From the NCBI GenBank assembly GCA_963769025.1, contig CAVYKI010000012.1:448001-512000 (forward strand): a DNA stretch of 64,000 nt, written 5' to 3'. This stretch comes from an uncultured Verrucomicrobiae bacterium (GTDB taxonomy: Bacteria > Verrucomicrobiota > Verrucomicrobiia > Chthoniobacterales > Chthoniobacteraceae). A program made the position numbers and the translations under genes. The first letter of the stretch is position 1. Every line of letters starts with the position of its first letter. A model generated the notes under the pieces. It saw only the letters and a program-made list of their open reading frames with translations. It was not told where the DNA came from and made no database searches. This document shows, piece by piece, positions 1 to 11,068 of the stretch.

Positions 1-80
1 TCGGCGAGACGCTGCCCTACCAGCGACAACCGCATGTGGCTCGACAAAACGACGCGCGACAAATGGGGGCATGCCCGCAA
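1..80 (+). pseudogene. Fragment resembling the C-terminal region of a GMC-family oxidoreductase (enters from the window edge, disrupted and truncated)
   Basis: Removing two single-base insertions (~22 and the G run at ~65-69) gives GETLPY(H/Q)DNRMWLDKTTRDKWGMP, matching the GExLPxxxNxxxLDxxxxDxWGxP motif of GMC oxidoreductases; similarity is lost after ~80. Confidence 0.5.
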
Positions 81-189
81 GCAGTGGAATCTCTATCTCA
101 TGCTGTTTTGGAAAAGCCATTTTGGAAGCCAACCAGCTACATTCTTGCGAAACTGCTGGCGAGCCGGAACGCCGTTCAATTTTTCCGGC

Positions 190-1681
190 TCACTCCTTCG
201 GAATCCGGTTCAGCGTGTAGTATGCATCCGCATGGTCGAGCTTCGCGCCTTTCGCTGACTTGATTCCGTCCGCGCGCAGTTCGTGGACGTACAGTTCGCG
301 GAGCCCGTCCACTTTCAGACGAACACTCAGACCGTCGGCGCTGACGGTCGCGGCGGTGATCGGCGCGGGCTTCATGTCGATCTCATCGCTGCCGTATGCG
401 CCGGAGTAGAAATACGTGAAGGTCTTCATCGAGTAGGAGGCGGGATTCCCTGCGGCTGCGGCATCCACGGGTGAAGAAAAGACCAGTTCGAACCCGTCCG
501 GCTTCGCACGCATCTCGCGGATGGCGAAAGGCGTCACGCCTTTCCAGCGCACACGCTGCAAGCCGTAGGACTTCGTGCCAAGGGACGACCAGCCGCGGCT
601 CGTCATCCCGACCATGAGGCTTCCATCCGGTGCAAATTGCAGCCGCACGATTCCGGACGCGAAACCCGCGAGAAACGGAAACGTCGCACCCTGGTATTCG
701 CCGTCCACTTTTTCGAGGAAGACGCGGCTCACCTTCGCGTCGGTGAATTCCGCGACCATGAACTGCCCGTCGAACGGCCCGAATTTTCCGCCCGCGGGGA
801 CCACGGCGAGGTCGGTGCCGCTGCGGCCCATCTTGTTGTATGGCAGCCACACAGCGGGCGGGCGCATCTCGGGCAGCGCGCGCACGGCCTCGGGATACGG
901 CACTTTCTCCGGCACCTTCGCGGAGAGCTTCAGCGGCGAGCCGGGGAGGTCCTGCGACGCGATGCCCTCGGGGTTCAGGAAAAACGCGCCTTTGCGCAGA
1001 TGGTAGATCGGCGTGGAGCAGATCCACGTCCCCTGCTGGTCCACGCAGAACATGTCGCCCGCGGCGTTCGCGCCGAGTCCGCACGGCGAGCGCATCCCGG
1101 CGACCATCGGCTGGAATTCACCGCCCGGCGTGATGATGCCGCCCCAGCCGCGCCACGGTGCCTTGTTATCCGCGTGGTCGCCCATGTCCACATTCAGCGC
1201 GACCCACAGATTTCCGTTCCCGTCGCGCTTCGGACCGTACGTGTAGCCGTGATATGAACCGGAGACGTTCCAGCCGCGCCCGGCGGTGAGATACTCGTCC
1301 GCCATGCCATCGCCATCCGTGTCGCGTAGCCGCGTCATCTCCGTGCGCTGCGTGACGAGCAGCGAGTCGCCATCGCGCAAAAGCCCGAGCGGCTCGTGCA
1401 GGCCGGATGCGAACACCTTGTAGTCCACCTTGTCCGCGGGACGCGTGAGCACGCCGTCGAGCAGCCACACCTCGCCCTTGCGGATCGCAATGGCTAGCTT
1501 TCCATCCGCGGTGAAATCCATGCCGCTGACTTCGAGCGCGATCCCCTCGCCCGGCTTCCAGTCCGTTGCTGCGCGAGGCCGAGGGCGAGTTCGCCGTGAG
1601 GATGTCTGTGATCTCGTAAGGCGAATCCGCCGCGAGAAGCGCGCCGGTGAAACAGAAAAGTGCGAGCGAGGCGGTTTTCAT
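190..1681 (-). CDS. Secreted glucose/sorbosone-dehydrogenase-like beta-propeller protein (PVC type); one frameshift at ~1570
   Basis: ATG at 1681 (MKTASLALFCFTGALLAA signal peptide) overlaps the upstream stop as ATGA; body is ORF 190..1521 with ASGLHEPLGL, HGYTYGP, GMRSPCGLG, DQQG. Confidence 0.75.
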
Positions 1682-3752
1682 TTCCACGAGTAGGTGAAGC
1701 TGCGTTTGCCCGGTGCAGCGGAGCCTTCGGTGACCGTGACGCCTTCGGGATGTGCGATCGGGAAATTCTTCATCACCTGGGCATCCGCCGAGATGGTCCG
1801 CTGAAGGCCGTTCTCGATTCCGGCAAAGCGCTCCTCCACGCGCGCACCGCCGATGCTCAGCAGGAATGTCGGCAGGCCCTCCGGGTCGAGGCGGTAGCCG
1901 TCGAAACGCACATCGCTCGTGCTCGCCGACGGCGCAGGCCATTTAACGACCGCATCGCCCAGCGGCTTCTCAAACGGCGCGAATCGGGAGAACCATGTGT
2001 TGTATGCGTCGAAGAATTTTCCCTTCCACGCCAGCGCGGGCCGCGCGTTTTTCCCGTCGTACGCCAGATGCACGCCGCTCGGAAAGCCGACGAGAATCGC
2101 GTGCGTCCCGACGCCCTCCATGAACGTCCGCTGCACGACCGGACGCTCCTTCGGGATGATCTCAAACTGCCCCGCGGTATTCGCAGGGTAGCCCTCCGGC
2201 TCGCCATTCGCGCTCTTCGCGAAGGAATAGATGGACGCGATCTGCCTGTCCGTGTCGCCCCCGAGAATGTCGCGGTTCGCCGCCTTTCCCTCCGGCCAAA
2301 AGACGGCATCAGCGTGCCCGCGCGATACGCTGCGGGATTCACGAGATACTCGCGCAGCCAGCCGGGCTGGATGCGCTGGCCGAGATTGCTGAGGTCGAGC
2401 GCCTGGATGCCGAGCGACGCGCGCTCACCCCAGCGGTGACACGTGATGCATCCGAGCCCGCCGAGCGTGCCCATGAGCTTGCGCCCCGCGGTGTCATCGC
2501 CGCCGGGTAGCACCGTTTCTGTTTTCGCATCAGCCTTCGCGAGCAACACACCGAGCGTCGCGGTCGCCGCGCCATACACCGGCATCTTCGTCTGCAAATA
2601 CGGGCGCACGCGGAACTCGCCGGTGAGCACTTTCGCGAGCCAGTCGGGTTGCAGCTTGCGCCCCGCGCCCGTGAGCGGCGGAGCGTAGCGGCCCGTGTCG
2701 CCGAGGTTATGGTCGCCGAGAAAATAGGGCTTCCGTCCCGCATCGGGGCCGCCGCGTCCGTCGCGTTCGTGGCACGCGAGACAGTTCAGCGCCTCGAGCG
2801 TGGATGACGCCACATTCGCCGGCGAGGCAGGCTCCGCGGGATCCACGAGGAAAAGCCGGAGCGCCTCGCGCTGCGGCGCGGAAAGCTCGTACCGCGGCAC
2901 GCCCGTGACAGCCGCATCGCCGAGGCATCCGCCGGAGGTCTGCTTCAACGGCACGCGCTTCACCGCCACGTCCTTCGGCAGATCGTGACACGCCGCACAG
3001 CGCAGGGATGCGACGATTCCGCGTCCCCGTTCCACGAGCGCGGTGTCCGCTTTGAAGCGGGCAATCTTCGGGGCCACCGTCCCGTCACTGCCCTCGAAAT
3101 TCAGCAGCCAGCCCGCGATGTCCACCGCGTCCTGCTCGTCCATCGCAGTGCGCGGCATGCGGCCGTCGGCACGCACCTTCAGCGGGTCCCGGATGAAATC
3201 AGCCAGCGTTGAAAGCGCGTACTTCGAGGCGAGCTTCGGAAAGGCGACGGAGCGATGCGTGAAGTCCGATTCCTTCGGCATTCCATCCGGCGGCTGGAAA
3301 TCCTTCCCCGGCGCATGGCACGCGACGCAGCCGACCGTGTGAAACAGTTCTCCGCCCCGCAAGGCGTTCACATGGCGCAGCAGTTTCGCTTTCGGCACCG
3401 CGCCCGGCTTCAGCGAGGCGAGGTAATGCAGCACCGGCTCCACCTCCGGCTGCGCGAGCAAATGCGGCATGTTCGTGCCCCCGTGCGCCTCTGACGGGTT
3501 CGCGAGAAATGCCTTCAGCCACTCCGGCTGCAGGCGCTGCGTCACGTTCACGAGGTCCGGACCGCGCCGCGCCGGCAGCCCGGTCTCGCCGCCGTGGCAG
3601 TTCGCACAGCCGAGTTCATTGAAAAGCAGCCGCCCGCCCTCGGCCGAAGGCTTCGCAGCGTGGAAACGATCAAACGCCACCACCAGCGGTTCGGCCCGCA
3701 ACGCCGCCACGTGCAGCAGCACGACGACAAACGCAGCGGCTCCCGCACGCAT
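1678..3752 (-). CDS. Pentaheme c-type cytochrome (PVC type); one frameshift at ~2300
   Basis: ATG at 3752 (MRAGAAAFVVVLL), TGATG-coupled to the upstream gene; five CxxCH motifs (CANCH, CVACH, CAACH, CLACH, CITCH); TLMPSF continues as WPEGK..QRTFMEG in ORF 1678..2136 if one T is added to a T run. Confidence 0.85.
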
Positions 3753-4658
3753 CACGCGATATCCTTCAGGCACTTCTCCACGTACGCGCGCGACTTGTTG
3801 ATCGCCGCGGTGATCTCCGCGACCGTCGGGAGGATCGGGATGCCGCGCGGCGTCGGGTGCATGAAGATTTCCACGTAGCCCGCGTAGCCGATGTCGCGCA
3901 GCGCCTTCACGATGAGCCGGTAGTCGAGCGTGCCGAGGCCGGGCATCTGCTGCATTTCGATCTCCTTGCTCGTCTTTTTCATCATGCCCTCGGAGTGCTC
4001 CTGAAAGTAGATGAACGGAGATCTGCGCGCGCCGAGATCGCGGAGCAGCTTCGGAATCTGCGTCCGGCCAGCGGAAAAGATGATGCGGCGCGAAGGCGAT
4101 GCCGAGATTCGCCGAGCGGTTGAACTCCGCGAAGTAGCGCAGCGAGTCCGGGTGATAGATCGCCTGGCCGATGTGATTCTCGATGGCGATGGTCACGCCG
4201 AGTTCCTCCGCCTTCGCGACGTGCGGCTTCATGTCCTCGAGGAATTTCTTCACCGCGTCCTTCGCCGCCTCGCCCTCGGGATCCTTCGGCCCCTTGCTGC
4301 CGCTGAGGACAATTTTGCCGCCGAGCTTTTTCACCCACGCCATCTCGTCAGCGAGCCCGAATGGCCCGAGCGGATACCGCGTGCTCACGCCGAGCTTCAC
4401 GTCGTGCTTTTTCAAAAGCGCCGCAAACGCATCGTCGCCCATCTCCGCGATCTGCTCGCGCTGGTTGCCATGCACCTTGCACCAGATGTCGATCGCCTCG
4501 CACCCGGCCTTCGCGACTTCGGGCAGAATCACATCGAGCGGCATCTCGCCATACATCGCGGAGGAGAGGACGTAGCGCAGCCTGAATGGCTCCGGCGCTG
4601 CGAATGCGGGAGCGGCGGCCGCGGCTGCGAGTGTCTGGAGGAATGTTCTGCGCTTCAT
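3752..4658 (-). CDS. Tat-exported sugar phosphate isomerase/epimerase (xylose-isomerase-like TIM barrel); frameshift at ~4061
   Basis: MKRRTFLQ twin-arginine leader, IAIENH motif; C-terminus (MPGLGTLDY..GYAGYVEIF) lies in ORF 3752..3985. Confidence 0.85.
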
Positions 4659-4692
4659 TGTGGATGGGGCGTTGGTTTGAAGATTGTCGCGC

Positions 4693-5259
4693 CTATTTGC
4701 CGCAGGCGGCATCGAGCATCTTGATCCACGGGCCGACGTAGTGCCCGTTGTCGTGAAAGGTGCGGCCGCTCACCATGTGGCGGTCGATCACGCACGGCTC
4801 ATTCACGTAGATGCCGCCGCATGCTTCGAGGTCGAATTTGCACTTCGCCACCGTCGCCATGCGCAGGCCCTTCACGATGCCTGCCCGCGCCGGGATCTCC
4901 ACGCCGTGGCACACGCTCGCCATCGGCTTTTTGTTTTCCCAAAACCACCGCGTGATGCGCAGCAGGTCCTCGTCCTCGCGGATGTATTCCGGCGCGCGGC
5001 CGCCGCTGAAAAAGATGCCCGCGTATTCCTCGGGCTTGATGTCCTTGAACGCGATCTCCGCATCGATCGTGTAGCCCTCCCATTCCTTCGTGATCGTCCA
5101 GCCGGGCTTCACCTCGTGCAGCACCATCTGGTATTTGCGCTTCTCCGGCGCGGCGACGACGGGCTGGTAGCCGCCCTCGATGAGCCGGTAATAGGGATAG
5201 AGCGTGTCCACGGTCTCCGTGGCGTCGCCGACGATGACGAGGACTTTGGGTTTGTTCAT
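4693..5259 (-). CDS. DJ-1/PfpI family protein
   Basis: MNKPKVLVIVGDATE.., SGGRAPEYIR, nucleophile elbow VCHG; the real start is inside ORF 4693..5835. Confidence 0.92.
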   Translation of the reverse strand: MNKPKVLVIVGDATETVDTLYPYYRLIEGGYQPVVAAPEKRKYQMVLHEVKPGWTITKEWEGYTIDAEIAFKDIKPEEYAGIFFSGGRAPEYIREDEDLLRITRWFWENKKPMASVCHGVEIPARAGIVKGLRMATVAKCKFDLEACGGIYVNEPCVIDRHMVSGRTFHDNGHYVGPWIKMLDAACGK

Positions 5260-5321
5260 AGGCGCAGTCTTGAAAATTCGATCCGGACAACCAAGGAAGA
5301 ATGCGTCCGGGAGGCGCAGAC

Positions 5322-6761
5322 TCAGGCGAGGATTTGCCGGATCACCTTGCCATGCACGTCGCTCAGCTTCCTGTCGAAACCGTTGTAGTAAAAACCGAGC
5401 TTGTCGTAGTCGAAGCCGAGGATGTGCAGCACGGTGCTGTAAAACTCCCACACGTTCGTCACGTCCTGCACCGCACGGCGGCCGAAGTCGTCCGTCGCGC
5501 CGTAGCTGCCGGGCTTCACGCCTGCGCCCATCATCCACGTCGTGAATGCGTCGGGATTGTGATCGCGTCCGGTCGTCGTCGCCTGGTGCGTCGGCATGCG
5601 GCCAAATTCCGTCGTCCACAGCACGAGCGTGTCTTCGAGCAGTCCGCGTTGCTTCATGTCGGTGAGCAGCGCCGCGGTCGGCTGGTCGAAAATGGGGCAG
5701 TGGCGCTCGTAGTCGGACTTCAGCGTGCGGTGCGCGTCCCAGTTCAGCAGGCCGTCCACGCCGCTGGCGCGCGAGGCGCAGTAGAGGTTCACGTAGCGCA
5801 CCCCGCGCTCGAGCAGACGCCGCGCGAGGATGCAATTTCGCGCATAGCCGACGACCAGCTTGTTGCTGCTGTCCGTGCCGTAGAGGCGGTGGACGTGCTC
5901 CGGCTCGGATTTCAGATCGGAGACCTCCGGCGCGGAGACCTGCATCTTCGCGGCGAGTTCGTACGCAGCGATGCGCGCCTGCAGCGAACTGTCGCCGGGA
6001 TTTGCCGCCGCGTGCCTCTCATTGAGCTGCCGCATGAATTCGCGCGACGCCTTTTCCTCGGCAGGAGAAATGTCCGCCGGCAGCGCGATGTTGCGGATGT
6101 CCTGATGCGCCGCCATCACGATCGCCTGATGCCGCGCGGGCAGAAATCCGTTGCTCCAGTTCGCCTTTCCGTTCGGCGGCTCGCCGCGCAGGTCGGGCAG
6201 CGCGACGTAGGTCGGCAGGTTGTCGTTCGCGCTGCCGAGGGCGTAGCTCATCCACGCGCCCGCGCTGGGAAATCCCTCCTGCACGTGGCCCGTGTTCATG
6301 AACACGCAGCCGGGGCCGTGCGTGTTCGTCTTCGACTGCATCGAGTGGATGAATGCGATGTCGTCCGCGTGCTTCGCCATGTGCGGCAGCAGCGTGGAGA
6401 TCATCTTTCCGCTCTTCCCCGCCGGAGCGAAGTCCCACGGCGGGCGCATGAGGTTCCCATTCTTCCCCTGGAACGACGAAAAGTTTTCCTCGCCCGGCAG
6501 CGGCTGTCCGCTGCGCTTGAAAAGCTCCGGCTTGTAGTCCCAAAGATCGATGTGCGACGCCGCGCCGGGGCAGAAAATCTGCAGCACGCGCTTTGCCTTC
6601 GGCGGGAAATGCGTGATGCCCGCCTCGGGCCGCCAGCCGGGAAATGCCGCGTGGGATTCACGACCGAGCAGCGACGCGATCCCGACGCCTGCGAGGCCGC
6701 TGAAGACATTCCCGAGGAAACCGCGGCGGCCGAGGACGTGCTGGAAAGGGTGCGTGTGCAT
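5322..6761 (-). CDS. DUF1501 family protein (Tat leader)
   Basis: RRGFL leader, HFPPKAKRVLQIFCPGAASHIDLWDYKP, WDAH, TEFGRMP, GRDHNP. Confidence 0.92.
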   Translation of the reverse strand: MHTHPFQHVLGRRGFLGNVFSGLAGVGIASLLGRESHAAFPGWRPEAGITHFPPKAKRVLQIFCPGAASHIDLWDYKPELFKRSGQPLPGEENFSSFQGKNGNLMRPPWDFAPAGKSGKMISTLLPHMAKHADDIAFIHSMQSKTNTHGPGCVFMNTGHVQEGFPSAGAWMSYALGSANDNLPTYVALPDLRGEPPNGKANWSNGFLPARHQAIVMAAHQDIRNIALPADISPAEEKASREFMRQLNERHAAANPGDSSLQARIAAYELAAKMQVSAPEVSDLKSEPEHVHRLYGTDSSNKLVVGYARNCILARRLLERGVRYVNLYCASRASGVDGLLNWDAHRTLKSDYERHCPIFDQPTAALLTDMKQRGLLEDTLVLWTTEFGRMPTHQATTTGRDHNPDAFTTWMMGAGVKPGSYGATDDFGRRAVQDVTNVWEFYSTVLHILGFDYDKLGFYYNGFDRKLSDVHGKVIRQILA

Positions 6762-6767
6762 GGCGGT

Positions 6768-9638
6768 TCAGTTCACGGTGATGAGTTCGTTCGTGTTCAG
6801 CATCGCGCGGCAGAATGCGCGCAGGCCGAAGCTCTCGATCAGCTTCACGCCACCGGCGATTTCCTCCGCGCCGGCATCGCGCGCATAGCAGAGTGCAAAG
6901 GCGCGGCGGACGCGCGCGGCGGAGTCACCGGCGTCCTTTTCAAGCCGCGCGGCGAGCGCCGCAGCCACGTCGAGCGCGAAACGGTGATTCATCAGCGTGA
7001 GCGCCTGCAGCGGCGTGGTGGTGCTCGCGCGTCGCGGCTCGGAAAATGACGGGTCGGGGCAGTCGAAATCCGTCATCACATCCACGCGCGCGGCGCGTGC
7101 ATTGTGGTGATAGACCGCGCGCCGGTAGGTCTCCGGCCCGTGCGCGTCGAGCGGCACGTAGGTGGCGACATTGTCCTGCTGGTACTCGTAGAGCTTGAAG
7201 CCCGGCCCTCCCATCGTGAGGTCGAGCTTTCCTGCGACGCTCAGCACCGTGTCGCGCACCTCCTCGGCGGAGAGCCGCCGCGGCGGGAAGCGCCACAGCA
7301 GCCGCGAGTCGCCGTCCACATGCGCGGCGGATTCATTCCACGCGGCGCTCTGGCGATAGGCCTGCGAGGTCATGATGAGCCGGTGCAGCGGCTTGAGTTT
7401 CCATCCGTTCGACTGGAGCTGGCGCGCGAGCCAGTCGAGCAATTCCGGGTGCGTCGGCCGCCCGCCCATGTAGCCGAAATCGCTCGGCGTATCCACGATG
7501 CCCGTGCCGAAATGGTAATGCCAGATGCGGTTCGCGAGCACGCGCGCAGGCAGCGGATTGTCCGGCGCGGTGAGCCACTTCGCCAATGCGACGCGACGCT
7601 CACTTTCCGGCGCAGCCGGATCGATGCGGTAGCTCGACTTTGCCCCGTCAAAGACGCTCAGGCTCGAGGGCACCACCGCGTCGCCCTTGCGCTGCGGACT
7701 GCCACCGATGAACACATGGAACGGCCCCGGCGCAGCCCGGTGCGTGCCGACCCACCACACTGGCAGCGGCGGGATCTTCGCGAGTCCCGCATCCACGCGC
7801 GCGAGTTCACGCGTGAGCTCCGCGAGGCGGGCGGAGTCGTCCTTCGACGTGACATGACGCAGCAGCCGCGCCTGCTTGCGGGCGGGTGTGACGGGCTCGC
7901 GATCGCCGGAATCTGCCACCTCCTGCCACTGCTTGCCGTCGAGCGACACCTCGATCCGGTAATCGCCGACGAATGTGGTGATGCCATTGCCCTCCGCGAG
8001 CTGGCGCGTGCGGTCGCTGGAGAAAAACACGCGCGCGATGCGCTCCGGTTTTGCGAGCGTGATGACGAGTTCGTTCCCCGCGGCCTGCCAGCGCTCGCCG
8101 AATTTCCCATCGATCGTGAGCGCCGCCGAATACGCGCCTGCGAAGTCCTTGATCTCCCGCGCCGCGCCGCGCGCCTGCCCGCCGTTTGCGGCGAGCGCGA
8201 CGTTGCGCGGCGTTTCTTCCGCTGTCCACACCTCGAACTCGTCGAGCTTGAATCCCTTCGCCTTCTCGTCGGCCGAATTATTCCCCTCCACCAGCAGCCG
8301 GACGTGACGGGCCTCGACGGGCGCGAAATTTTCCTCGGTCCCGTAGCCGCTCGATTTCGGCCGCGTCCACATCTTCGTCAGCTCGGGCTCGGCGGCTTTG
8401 GCGCGCGCGTCCAGCGCCTTCTTCAAGGCTTCGCTCTCGCCCGCGAGACGCTTCTTTTCCGCTTCCAGCGGCTTCAGTTTTTCCGCGTGCGCCTTTTCCT
8501 CCTCGGCCTTTGCGACCGGGCGTTCACCATGCACGGTCCCGGCGAAAGTGGCGGCCATCGCGTAATAATCCTTTGTCGCCAGCGGATCGAATTTGTGGTC
8601 GTGGCAGCGCGCACAGCCCAGCGTGACGCCGAGGAATGCCTCGCTCGTCGTGCGGACCATCTCGTCCAGCGTGTCGGCGCGGATCTGCGCGGCGGCGAAG
8701 GGATCCTGGTTGCCCACATCGTCGTACGGACCGGCGACGAGAAATGCGGAGCCGACTTCGACGTCCGGCTGATTCCTGCCGATCACATCGCCGGCGAGAT
8801 GCTCGCGGATGAATGCATCGAACGGCTTGTCGTCATTAAACGCGCGAATCACGTAGTCGCGGAACGGCCAAAGGTTCGTGATGATCTGGTTGCGTTCAAA
8901 GCCGCGGCTCTCGCCGAAGCGAACGACATCCAGCCAGTGCCGCCCCCAGCGCTCGCCGTATTGCGGGCTGGCGAGCAGACGATCCAGGAGCGCGCTCATC
9001 GCGGCCTCCGGATCGCGATTCGAATCGGACACAAACGCCTCCACTTCCTCCGGAGTCGGCGGCAGGCCGGTGAGGTCGTACGTCGCGCGGCGGATGAAGG
9101 CGCGCGGCTCGGCGGGCGCGTTGGGCTTCAGCTTTTTCTCCGCGAGCTTCGCGAAGACAAAGCGGTCGATCGGGTTTTCCCGCCACGCCGCGGGGGCGTC
9201 GGTCGCGAGCGGCGGCTCCGCGACGGAGAGCGGCAGGAAGGACCAGAATGTCCGATCGGCTTTCGCCTTCTCCTTGAGGACGAATTTCTCGGGCCATATC
9301 GCGCCGGCAGCGATCCACTCGCGCAGTGCTTCCGCTTCATCGGGTGCGAGCGCCTCGCCCTTCTTCGGCATCTTCGGCTTTTTGCCGTCGTGCGAGATCG
9401 AGCGAGTGAAAATCTCGCTGGCCTCCGGCTTTCCCGGAACGAGGTCGCTGCCGTCGTCACCGCCGGTGAGGATCGCCTCGCGCGTGGTGAGATCGAGACC
9501 GCCCTTTTGGTTGTCTGGCCGATGACACGAGACGCATTTCGCCTCGAGCGCGGGGGCGACCTTCGACCTGAATGAGTCAGGCTCCGCCGCGAGCGCGCAG
9601 CCGGAGCCGAGGAGGAAGATGGCGAGGGGTGCCTTCAT
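6768..9638 (-). CDS. Planctomycete cytochrome c / DUF1549 / DUF1553 (PSD1) protein with an inserted discoidin (F5/8)-like domain
   Basis: [56 protein letters not shown]; insert with RNVALAANGG..DYRIEVSLDGKQW. Alternative GTG start at 9653. Confidence 0.92.
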   Translation of the reverse strand: MKAPLAIFLLGSGCALAAEPDSFRSKVAPALEAKCVSCHRPDNQKGGLDLTTREAILTGGDDGSDLVPGKPEASEIFTRSISHDGKKPKMPKKGEALAPDEAEALREWIAAGAIWPEKFVLKEKAKADRTFWSFLPLSVAEPPLATDAPAAWRENPIDRFVFAKLAEKKLKPNAPAEPRAFIRRATYDLTGLPPTPEEVEAFVSDSNRDPEAAMSALLDRLLASPQYGERWGRHWLDVVRFGESRGFERNQIITNLWPFRDYVIRAFNDDKPFDAFIREHLAGDVIGRNQPDVEVGSAFLVAGPYDDVGNQDPFAAAQIRADTLDEMVRTTSEAFLGVTLGCARCHDHKFDPLATKDYYAMAATFAGTVHGERPVAKAEEEKAHAEKLKPLEAEKKRLAGESEALKKALDARAKAAEPELTKMWTRPKSSGYGTEENFAPVEARHVRLLVEGNNSADEKAKGFKLDEFEVWTAEETPRNVALAANGGQARGAAREIKDFAGAYSAALTIDGKFGERWQAAGNELVITLAKPERIARVFFSSDRTRQLAEGNGITTFVGDYRIEVSLDGKQWQEVADSGDREPVTPARKQARLLRHVTSKDDSARLAELTRELARVDAGLAKIPPLPVWWVGTHRAAPGPFHVFIGGSPQRKGDAVVPSSLSVFDGAKSSYRIDPAAPESERRVALAKWLTAPDNPLPARVLANRIWHYHFGTGIVDTPSDFGYMGGRPTHPELLDWLARQLQSNGWKLKPLHRLIMTSQAYRQSAAWNESAAHVDGDSRLLWRFPPRRLSAEEVRDTVLSVAGKLDLTMGGPGFKLYEYQQDNVATYVPLDAHGPETYRRAVYHHNARAARVDVMTDFDCPDPSFSEPRRASTTTPLQALTLMNHRFALDVAAALAARLEKDAGDSAARVRRAFALCYARDAGAEEIAGGVKLIESFGLRAFCRAMLNTNELITVN

Positions 9639-9671
9639 GCCGATGAGACTCACCAGAGCGCCGTACCGCCC

Positions 9672-10721
9672 TCACTTCAAGCCCATGAGATGCTTGAGCA
9701 CGTGCAACTCGAGCGCCTCGTAGTCGCGCGCGTCGCGGAACTGCTGCACGAGCTTCGCGTCGAGCGTGCGCACCTTCTCCACGAGGTGCAGAAAAAGCTC
9801 TCGGCTGTTTTTCAGATGGTCGGTCACCGGGCATCCGCGCTGGGTGCGGATTGCCTTCACATCGAGCCCGATGAATTCGCCGCGCTGACCGTAGCCGGCT
9901 TCCTCGAGCACGCGGACCTGATTGAACGCCGCGCGCAGGTTCGCGCCGCCGAAATTTTTGTCCTGATCGTATTTGAGCCCGTTCTGGTCGTTCAGGTGCA
10001 CGCTGCCGAGTTTGTCATGCGCGAGCGCGAAGGCCATCTCGTCGCTCGGGTCGAGTCCCGCGAGCAGCGCGTGCGCGCTCTCGATGAGACCCTTCACGCG
10101 CTTGTGATCCTTCGAGGCGAAAGAGAGCGCGATCGCGTGACCAATCGTCGGCACGTAGGCCTGGTCCGTCGGCTCGTTCGGCTTCGGCTCGATCCAGATT
10201 TCGACATTCGGATCGTAGTCAAGAATCGCATTCACCGTTTCCAAAATGCGCTGGTAGGCGAGGCGCGCGTCCTTTGCCTCGCGGATGTAGCTGCCCTCGC
10301 GGGCGAGCCAGAGCACGATGGCCTTGCAGTCGATTGCCCGCGCGATGTCCACGCACTTCTTCGTGCGTTCCCACGCGTAGGCGCGGTCGCTCGCGCTGTT
10401 CGAGGTGTAGCCGCCGTCGGTGGTTTCGTCCGCAAACCACAGCCGCGGCGCGACGAACTCGGGCGTGAGGCCGTGATTGCCGAGCATCGCCTTCACCTCG
10501 GCGGCCTTCTTCGCGATCTGCGCGGGGGATAACGCGTCCATGCCGGGCACCACGTCATCGTCGTGAAACTGCACGCCCTCGAAACCGAGCGGGCGGTAAA
10601 GCGCGAACTTCTCCTCGTGCGGGAAAGCATTGCGTGTTTCGCCGCCGAACGGGTCCGCGCCTTCGCTGATATTCCAGGGGCCGAAAGAAAAGCGGTATTG
10701 GGTGGGTGCGGTGTTGCTCAT
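9672..10721 (-). CDS. xylA: Xylose isomerase family protein (short class-I type)
   Basis: FSFGPW..GADPFG, FHDDD, EPKPNEP, HLNDQNG.KYDQD metal/catalytic motifs; ATG at 10721. Confidence 0.8.
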   Translation of the reverse strand: MSNTAPTQYRFSFGPWNISEGADPFGGETRNAFPHEEKFALYRPLGFEGVQFHDDDVVPGMDALSPAQIAKKAAEVKAMLGNHGLTPEFVAPRLWFADETTDGGYTSNSASDRAYAWERTKKCVDIARAIDCKAIVLWLAREGSYIREAKDARLAYQRILETVNAILDYDPNVEIWIEPKPNEPTDQAYVPTIGHAIALSFASKDHKRVKGLIESAHALLAGLDPSDEMAFALAHDKLGSVHLNDQNGLKYDQDKNFGGANLRAAFNQVRVLEEAGYGQRGEFIGLDVKAIRTQRGCPVTDHLKNSRELFLHLVEKVRTLDAKLVQQFRDARDYEALELHVLKHLMGLK

Positions 10722-11068
10722 GTGCGGAGGTGGTTTTTCAAAGCGCGGGCGACGGGGTTTCTTAGCCGGGAGGCTGCGCTCCGGATCATTTTGAAACGCA
10801 GAGACGCAGAGAGGCGGAGAAAAAACAGCCAAAATCTCAATGCACCGTCCGCAGGTGTCCATGCCTCCCCGCCGCCTCTTCAGCTCAGCGTCAATTTCTC
10901 CCTTCCGTCGCAGCGTTCGGCGTTTTCCATGGGCCATCGGCGGCAAGACATCGCGCATGAAACCCGCGCGGACTTGCGCCCAAAGAAGCGCCCAGAATGC
11001 GGCTTGTCACGGGGCGCGGGGCGCGCCGATGCTCCGCACTTTCCCAACCCGAACCGCACCCACACCCC

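Noticed and set aside
1..20. Reverse-strand GTAGGGCAGCGTCTCGCCG as a REP end
   Set aside because: Better explained as coding sequence (GETLPY) of the GMC-like fragment; no partner arm is visible.
1857..4712. 951-aa apparent TIM barrel-cytochrome c fusion in the ORF track
   Set aside because: Artefact of the frameshift at ~4061; the TIM C-terminus is in another frame and the cytochrome has its own ATG and signal peptide at 3752.
10794..10928. AACGCAGAGACGCAGAGAGGCGGAGA with a possible distant inverted arm
   Set aside because: The second arm is too degenerate to define; it may be a decayed REP-like element but cannot be supported from this window.
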